Assembly: GCF_000143415.4 (NCBI RefSeq)
Contig: NW_003314309.1
Span: 427,459 to 491,458 of the forward strand
DNA from: Selaginella moellendorffii
Taxonomy: Eukaryota > Plantae > Lycopodiophyta
Length of the DNA stretch: 64,000 nt
Reading direction: 5' to 3'
Shown here one piece after another: positions 57,601 to 64,000 of this stretch. The notes beneath the pieces were generated by a model. It was not told where the DNA came from. It searched no databases and saw nothing but the letters and a program-made list of their open reading frames with translations. The position numbers and the translations under genes are program-made. Each line of letters starts with the position of its first letter. Position 1 is the stretch's first letter.

Positions 57601-60186
57601 AGTGTTGGATCGGCTATGCAACGTTGGTTTAAAGCTGAAGCGGTCGAAGTGCATATTCGGGTGCAAGGATACAACTTATCTTGGGTACCGTATTTCTTGT
57701 GAGGGTTTGCAAGTTGATCCTGACAAACTTGTGGCTATTCTAAAGTTCCCTACTCCGAAATGTGTGAATGATGTGCAGCGCTTCTTGGGCAAGGTGCAAT
57801 ATCTCGGTCGTTTTTTGGATCATCTTTCTGATCACACTGCACCATTGCGAGCGTTGTTGAAGTCATCAATATCATCTTTCATCTGGTCTCTGGATTGTGA
57901 GCGGGCGTTCGTGGATCTCAAAGAGCTATTGACGACTCCTTTGGTTTTGGCATATCCTGACTACACTCGACCTTTTATTTTGCGCGTGGATGCTTCTCAC
58001 ATTGGTCTTGGAGGTGTGTTGATGCAAGAGAGCTCGAGTGTGCCTGGTCAGCGCCATCCTATTGCGTATATAAGCCGTACATTACAACTAGCGGAGATGA
58101 ACTACTCCACGACGGAGAAGGAGTGTTTAGCAACAGTTTGGGGTTTCGAGAAACTTCATGCATATCTACATGGTTCTCGGACGTTACTTGAAGGTGACCA
58201 TGCTGCTGTTACTTCATTATTGAAGCGGAAGAACCTAGTTGGTCGTACTGCTCGGTGGGTTTTGAAGCTTCAGATATATGATTTTGATGTTGTTCATCGC
58301 CCAGGGAGTTCTATGGCTGATGCTAATGCCCTTTCTCGAGCTCCTCTTCCTTCTTCATTCACTTCTCATGTTTCTGACGAGCTTATTGTTCCAGCATCTG
58401 TGGATTTTCTAGACGAAGATTCTGTGCTGTCGGCGGTTGCTGTCCTTGACGTTCAGTGTCCACAAGGCGCAGAGCAGGATTTACCTTCTCTTGATGATGT
58501 TCGCGAGGCTTAAAAGATTGAGCCGTGGATTCAAAGGCTTCGAGATGGGTTTGAGAATCCTACATCACTTGCTGATGACTTGCCTTTCCGGCATTTACAT
58601 TCTCAATATCGCCTTGAAGATGGCTTTCTTTATTTTGTGGCGACGTATCCTGAGGATCATTTACAGCTGGTGGTGCCTTCTATCTTTATTCCGCGGTTTC
58701 TCCATGCCTACCATGATTCTCCTGTTCTAGGTGGGCATATGGGACACCGTCATGTAACCAAGAAGCTGCGCAGATCTTTTTACTGGCTGGAGATGCGACG
58801 TGATGTTATCCGGTATATGCGTAGCTGCGTTTGGTGCCAAGCTCATAATACTCCCCCTCGTGCTGCAGAAGGACGGTAGGAGTCAATTGCGGTTTCCCGT
58901 CCGTTTGAGTTGGTGGCGTTTGATCTTATGGGACCTTTTCCACGGTCAACTGCTGGCAATGAGTATGTTATTATTGCTTCTGACTACTTGACTCGTTGGG
59001 TGGAAGTTAGTGCTCTTGCTAGCGCCTCTGCAACTTCTGTTGAATACTTCCTCCTCAATCGAGTGGTGTTCCAGCATTCTTGTCAAGAGCGGATTCTTTC
59101 AGATAATGGTCCCGCATTTATGGCTGAGGTATTTCATGTTTTGACGTCTCGGTTGGGGATACGCCACACTTTCACGAGTGCTTATCATCCACAATCAGAC
59201 GGTCTGGTGAAACGGCTCGTTTGAACATTCAAAGGGATGATTGCGAAGTATGTGAACTTTCAGCATTCGGATTGGGATGGTTATTTGCCATCTCTTCGGT
59301 ATGCATATGTCACAGGGGTGCAAAGTTCTGTTGGTGCTTCACCATATAAACTCTTATATGGTCATGATCCAATATTACCAATGGAGTTGGGTTTACTTTC
59401 GCGATTGCCACGAGCTGCCGATGCTAGGTCATGGGATCAGTATTTAACGAGCATTCTTCCACTTGTCCAAGCAGAGTCTGCCAAACACTTAGGCCGCGTA
59501 CAAGTAGGACAACAACGGTGCTACAACTCTCATCATCGTCCACCTGCGGAGTACAAAGTGGATGATTTGGTATTAGTCCGTTTTCCTCATCTTACGGTAC
59601 GTGGTTTATCTAAGGGACTTTTTGCGCAGTGGAAAGGACCGTATCGGGTGTTGCGGCAAGTTGGACCATAAGTTTATGAGGTTTAGCATGACGTTCAGCA
59701 GGCTGATCCTCCAAAGATTGTGCATGTGCAGCGGCTAAAACGCTTCGTACAAAGGGATCAGGAGGAGTTAATACCACCCACAAATCCACCGATGCCTCCT
59801 CTTGATATTCCTCCAGATCCCAGCCCATCTACAAAAGAACCCTGATGGTGTTCCATTATTCCGAGAGGAGGGGATGATATGAGGGCCAAGTGTACGGCTA
59901 TGTAGCCGTATACTAATATTAGCGTAGTGGGATTTTGGTAGCTGTCGGATTGATTTCAATCTAGACCACTTGCTCTTGTATATAAGCTAGGGTTTTTGGG
60001 CTAATTGATATGCACATTTTCTGTATTCTCTTTCCATATTCCAAGCACTCACAATAGTATTGTAGGATTTTAATAATTATAAGATGTATTTCAATTCAAA
60101 CCATTCGCTTCTATATATAAGCTAAGGTTTTGGGGCTAATTGAACATGCATATTTTTTATTTCATTTCTATATTCCATGCACTCAT
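54697..60186 (+). mobile_element. Old 3' remnant of family A (integrase tail plus 3' LTR), split by insertion of copy 2
   Basis: 54697-55010 aligns with the integrase C-terminus and PPT (GAGAGGAGGAAATGA). Its decayed LTR is at ~55010-55051 and resumes at 60058-60186 (TATATATAAGCTAAGGTTTTGGGGCTAATT...CCATGCACTCA). Confidence 0.8.
55052..60053 (+). mobile_element. Full-length Ty3/Gypsy non-chromovirus, family A copy 2
   Basis: LTRs at 55052-55228 and 59878-60053. 4-bp TSD ATAG. PBS TGGTGGAGATGAGGGG (complementary to a tRNA-Ala 3' end). Gag at 55457-56382; pol to 59845 with multiple stops. Confidence 0.95.
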
Positions 60187-60468
60187 GACAGTAATTAAAT
60201 TAATTTTATTTTTTTAATTATTTACAAATTATAATAGAATATATATCTTAGAATATATTTTAAAAAGCAAAAATTACAACTATATGGATAGATACAATCT
60301 AAGTTATTCAGTTTATTATTCATCAAAATATTTTTTAATATTTAGTTTGGAACTATATAGATAAATAAATTAAATTAAATTAAATTTCTTATTTAAAAGA
60401 AATTTAAGAAAATTTAATTATATATTTTATTATATACTATTTTTTATTTTTACATATTATATTAATTC

Positions 60469-61252
60469 ATGTCTAATAAACTTTTCTTACTTATGTTTTT
60501 CTTTATAATTTTCTTAACAAATTATATTGTGAATGGATTTCCAAGAGTATTGATATCTATTACAAGCTACATGGGGGAAGATATTCATTTAATTTGTAAA
60601 TCAAGAAATGATATAATCTATGATGGAATTTTTACTGATGGATATAATTTTCAAAAATATATTTTTCCAACTCCTACAACAGAGTATTGGTGTGATGGAC
60701 AATGGGATAGAAGATTAATACGTTTTCAAGTTTTTAAATTTAATTTATTAAGTTTGAAAGATCAAAAGTGGTACATATTTCATGATGGTGCATATAATTT
60801 TGAGATAGATGATTACTCAGCTAATTGGGCTGGTGCTAATCCTCCTCGTATATGTGGCAGGTATTTTAATTTAAATTTTGTATCTTGTTTTTAATTATAA
60901 TTTTTTTATGTTGTATAGTTTCCATCTTTCATGTACTTCCATTTCTATTGTATCGAGCTTCTTTTTGCAGGCATCATGTACAAATGAAAATAATAGAATT
61001 ATTACTTCTAGACTTAATCTTAATTTTTATATTGGGCAATTTAATGGGCATTTAAAGAAAGGCATTAATGGACTTGTGAGCTGTTATGAAGCTACGATTG
61101 GTATATCTCAATTAGGTGTTATTATCCAAGCTCATTGTATTACTGGAGGAGGATTTACAAATTACCGCTATTCAATTTTTTACGTAGAGAATTATATTGA
61201 AAATAAGAATTACATTGGTGTACATAATATTGCTTTGAGTATCATATTATAA
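60469..61252 (+). CDS. Secreted S-protein-homologue (SPH / self-incompatibility S1-like) + cyanovirin-N (CVNH) fusion protein, 2 exons, 241 aa
   Basis: Exon 1 (60469-60860): signal peptide and SPH motifs IHLICKSRND, TTEYWCDGQW, FQVF, WYIFHDGAY. A 58-nt phase-2 GT-AG intron spans 60861-60918. Exon 2 (60919-61252) reads (CG)SFHLSCTSISIVSSFFLQASCTNENNRIITSRLNLNFYIGQFNGHL...SCYEATI...IIQAHC...YIENKN, i.e. two CVNH-type repeats. Confidence 0.75.
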
Positions 61253-62164
61253 ATATATATTGAATTTTATTTTAATCATGTACATATAAAAATAATTTTT
61301 TTCCAGTAGTATATTAGTTTGAATAATAAATCATGTTTACATTAAATAATAATTAACTTATGAGTATATTTGTAGTAAGTACATTAATAATAATAATATA
61401 GCATAGAAACCTTTCAATCAACTGGATTAAGTCTAGTCAACCCAATCTTATGTATAAGCATGCTTAAGACTGGTGGCATATACTGAAAATGATATTTATT
61501 ATGTAAAATATCTTATTTAATATATTCTAGATTCTTTTTACTTAATAAATTATAAGAACATTAAATGATAGTTTTGTAACTTCATAGTGAACCTCATTTC
61601 TCTCTCTCCTCACACTAAGAGGACCACTATAGCTTTGCTCACCATGATAGGCTATTTATTGGGCCTTTTGATGATCAGGTATTGCTATTCACCTATTTTG
61701 CTTAAATAGATAGCCAATTGTAACCCTTGGTTTTAATAGAGATATCTCTACCTAGAATTGATTGAAGGCCACAGTTATATGGAACACTGGTTTTTATACC
61801 TATACAATGTTAATGTGTGTCTCACTTATGGAGGAGCATGTGAATCTTGTTAGATTCATAGTTGGGAGGTAGATCTCATATTTCACAGCATTTACTGTTC
61901 TGTTCATTTTGATAGCAATTTGATAGCCTAGGGTATCCACCCTGTAGTTGTCAAGGAGAACTTTGGTATTTGCCTCTAGATCTAGACTAAAGGTGAGTTG
62001 TCCAACTCTTAATTGTTGGAGGATATGATCCTTATATGACATGAGGCATACCATATAGGTCCCATATCACCCTAGAGCCATGTTTGCTCAAGCATGATAT
62101 GTATCATTCTTCATTCACATATAATGCAATCACAAATTATATTATGGTATTAGAGATGTTGAAG

Positions 62165-62480
62165 GACATAGAAAGTCACCATAGTCATGTTGTATGGTGT
62201 GGAGATGTAGAGACCTAAACTTAGCACAAAAGAATGGCAAAAGCTTGAAGGGCTGAAACAAAAGTTCATCCTAATAGAATTTGGGGTCTCCTTCAAGACA
62301 ACATATGCAATCATGGTCATGGAGTCCAGTTTGTTACCATTAAAGATGCATCATATATGTTCAAAAAAGCAAATTCTCCTATCTAAGTAAGTTGGTAGAT
62401 GGCAATCCATGATTCAAAAGCTCTTTGATCAAGAAACTCATAAAGGATGGTGGCATGATATGAGGAAGTGGATAAAAAGA
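62165..62480 (+). mobile_element. Degenerate non-LTR retrotransposon (LINE) RT C-terminal fragment
   Basis: Manual translation VMLYGVEM*RPKLSTKEWQKLEGLKQKFILIEFGVSFKTTYAIMVMESSLLPL resembles the LYG.E.W...LG...T......E.G..P region downstream of LINE RT. Confidence 0.5.
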
Positions 62481-62499
62481 TTCAACTTCGACCTAAAGA

Positions 62500-63160
62500 T
62501 GCAAGGGGTTCCAAAAGTATAGTACAGAGAGTGTGGGGGTTGGACTCTAGTGGAGCTAGTTTGGTCAGGAAAGGCTAGTGTGACTCAGGAAAGTTATGCA
62601 CACATGTTGGGTGATGATATATCCATTGAGGAGTCCAAGGCTAGAGTGAATACGGACTGATAAATGGGGTAGCTTGGTCAACTGTTCAAGAGCTGGCTCT
62701 AATTCCCCCAAGAGATCAAATGGTCGATGCTCTTAATCCAAGCATGGGTGGCACTACCTACTTGGATACTTAGTGTGGCTCAACATAACCTTGCTTTAAC
62801 CCCATGGTTAGAGCACCCAAAGGCGGAAGGTGAGGAGAATACCTATGAAGCTTACATAGGGCCACATTGTTCCAAAATGTTGTCCCAAAGTCTCAGACCA
62901 TGGAAAGAAAGAAGAGCAATCATTTGGTGTAGTGACCAAGGATACGGTCACATGGTGAGGAAGTCCTAAAGGACAATGGGACTTAGTGGTCAGGCCTATA
63001 GGCCTTAACCAAGTGGAAGTGTTGGTGAACATGGCTATAGATAGAAAAGGATTTGGTGGGGACTGAAAAAGGGATATTGGGGAAGGCTATTCCTCATATT
63101 TGTGGGCATTCTAAGGATGTTAAGGAGTGCATTTGGGATGATCACTCATAAAGGGTATAA
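62500..63160 (+). mobile_element. Family C LTR fragment
   Basis: Colinear with ~30015-30645 (CCAAAAGTATAGTA...GAGCACCCAA...TGACCAAGGA). Confidence 0.85.
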
Positions 63161-63164
63161 CACA

Positions 63165-64000
63165 CCTCAGTCCAAATGCTTCTACCAATCCTTTAGGACC
63201 ATTCTTTGACTCCACTCAAGTCATCCAGCTTTTTGGACTTTCTTAATTTAACAACTCATAATGTTTTAACCTCTTGGCTATTTTTGAGGTATCAGTTCAC
63301 TACAATACATCTTTTTGTATTCATGTCCTATTCATAAAGACCATTTTTACAAGTGTTACTTCGATATTTGATTATTTTCCGTTCTTTGTGGGTTACCTTT
63401 GCCCCTTAGAACTATCCATCCATATGATAAGAATATTAACTCATCTTTTAAATACACTCCAAATTCCTTAGGTTTGTTCCATCATGTATAAAAGGTAGCC
63501 CTGACTACCATTTCAAGGACTTGTGTCCTTATCCGTATTTGACCTCCCATGGTCATTAATTCTGGTCTCAAATTTATGAGCCCTAGCCTCAACTATATGA
63601 AAATAATCTTGTGACTCCTTTATTATTTTGGAGTCTTTATATTTTTCATGATCCAACCTAGAGTTGTTTACCATCGCTACATTAGTTAGTTTACTAAGTC
63701 AAACGCTCATTTGGATCACATCTTCAACTCTCTAAGGAAAATTTTATACTGTTCTCAAGATCCCAAAGTCATTACCAAATTAGCCCCTTTCTATCTACCA
63801 TATTGCCAATATGTTCACTTATAAACTAAGGTGGAGAGTCATGCCCCTTCAACATGCTACTCCTCGAGGATAGGCCATTCCTGAGACTTTCCAATGCCAA
63901 AACAAGTGGTGATATACTTGACCACCAATAAGAGTTAGACTAAGGAAAAACTCTAATACCAAATTATAAGGGACTAAATTTTCCATTTTACTTTAGTCAC
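63165..64000 (-). mobile_element. Family C interior 5' segment and LTR end, running off the window
   Basis: Reverse complement of ~30925-31750. PBS relic at ~63950-63962 and LTR end at ~63965. Confidence 0.85.

Noticed and set aside
9540-60186. A single giant old A element formed by the 5' remnant at 9.5 kb and the 3' remnant at 54.7-60.2 kb
   Set aside because: Conserved housekeeping genes lie between them, no matching TSD is identifiable, and the family is multi-copy.
60878-60970. Independent ORF start at 60878, or alternative acceptor TTTTTGCAG at 60970
   Set aside because: The 60970 acceptor is out of phase with the 60861 donor and would drop the CVNH N-terminal SFxxSC motif. The 60918 acceptor preserves both frame and domain.

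Overview
Plant nuclear DNA. It is most likely a lycophyte (Selaginella-like), inferred from ~50-70 nt GT-AG introns, very short intergenic spacers and the TE types. Positions ~3.0-18.8 kb are a dense island of six genes: a conserved coiled-coil protein, a ZIP4/IRT3-type zinc transporter, an ePHD-AAA ATPase (BRP1/ATAD2-like), a PRISE/VEP1 progesterone 5-beta-reductase-like SDR, ubinuclein and TOP6B. The island has two bidirectional promoters and a small TE pocket at 9.5-11.2 kb. Positions ~19.5-64 kb are a nested LTR-retrotransposon block. It holds two full-length short-LTR non-chromovirus Gypsy copies (family A, 4-bp TSDs) and a chromovirus (family B) split by an ~8 kb non-coding LARD-like element (family C). 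It also holds degenerate Gypsy copies (family D), a complete and a partial TRIM whose LTRs carry 5S rRNA sequence (Cassandra-like), and a LINE fragment. Main observations: (1) a two-exon AT-rich gene at 60469-61252 that splices into signal peptide + S-protein-homologue (SPH) domain + cyanovirin-N lectin (CVNH) domain; (2) the Cassandra-like 5S TRIM; (3) a slippery site plus H-type pseudoknot at the family A gag/pol junction; (4) duplicated, covarying RNA structure modules inside the LARD; (5) a gene-conversion signature between the two A copies; (6) only 64 bp between the ZIP stop codon and the next same-strand gene. All domain calls are by eye; no searches were run.
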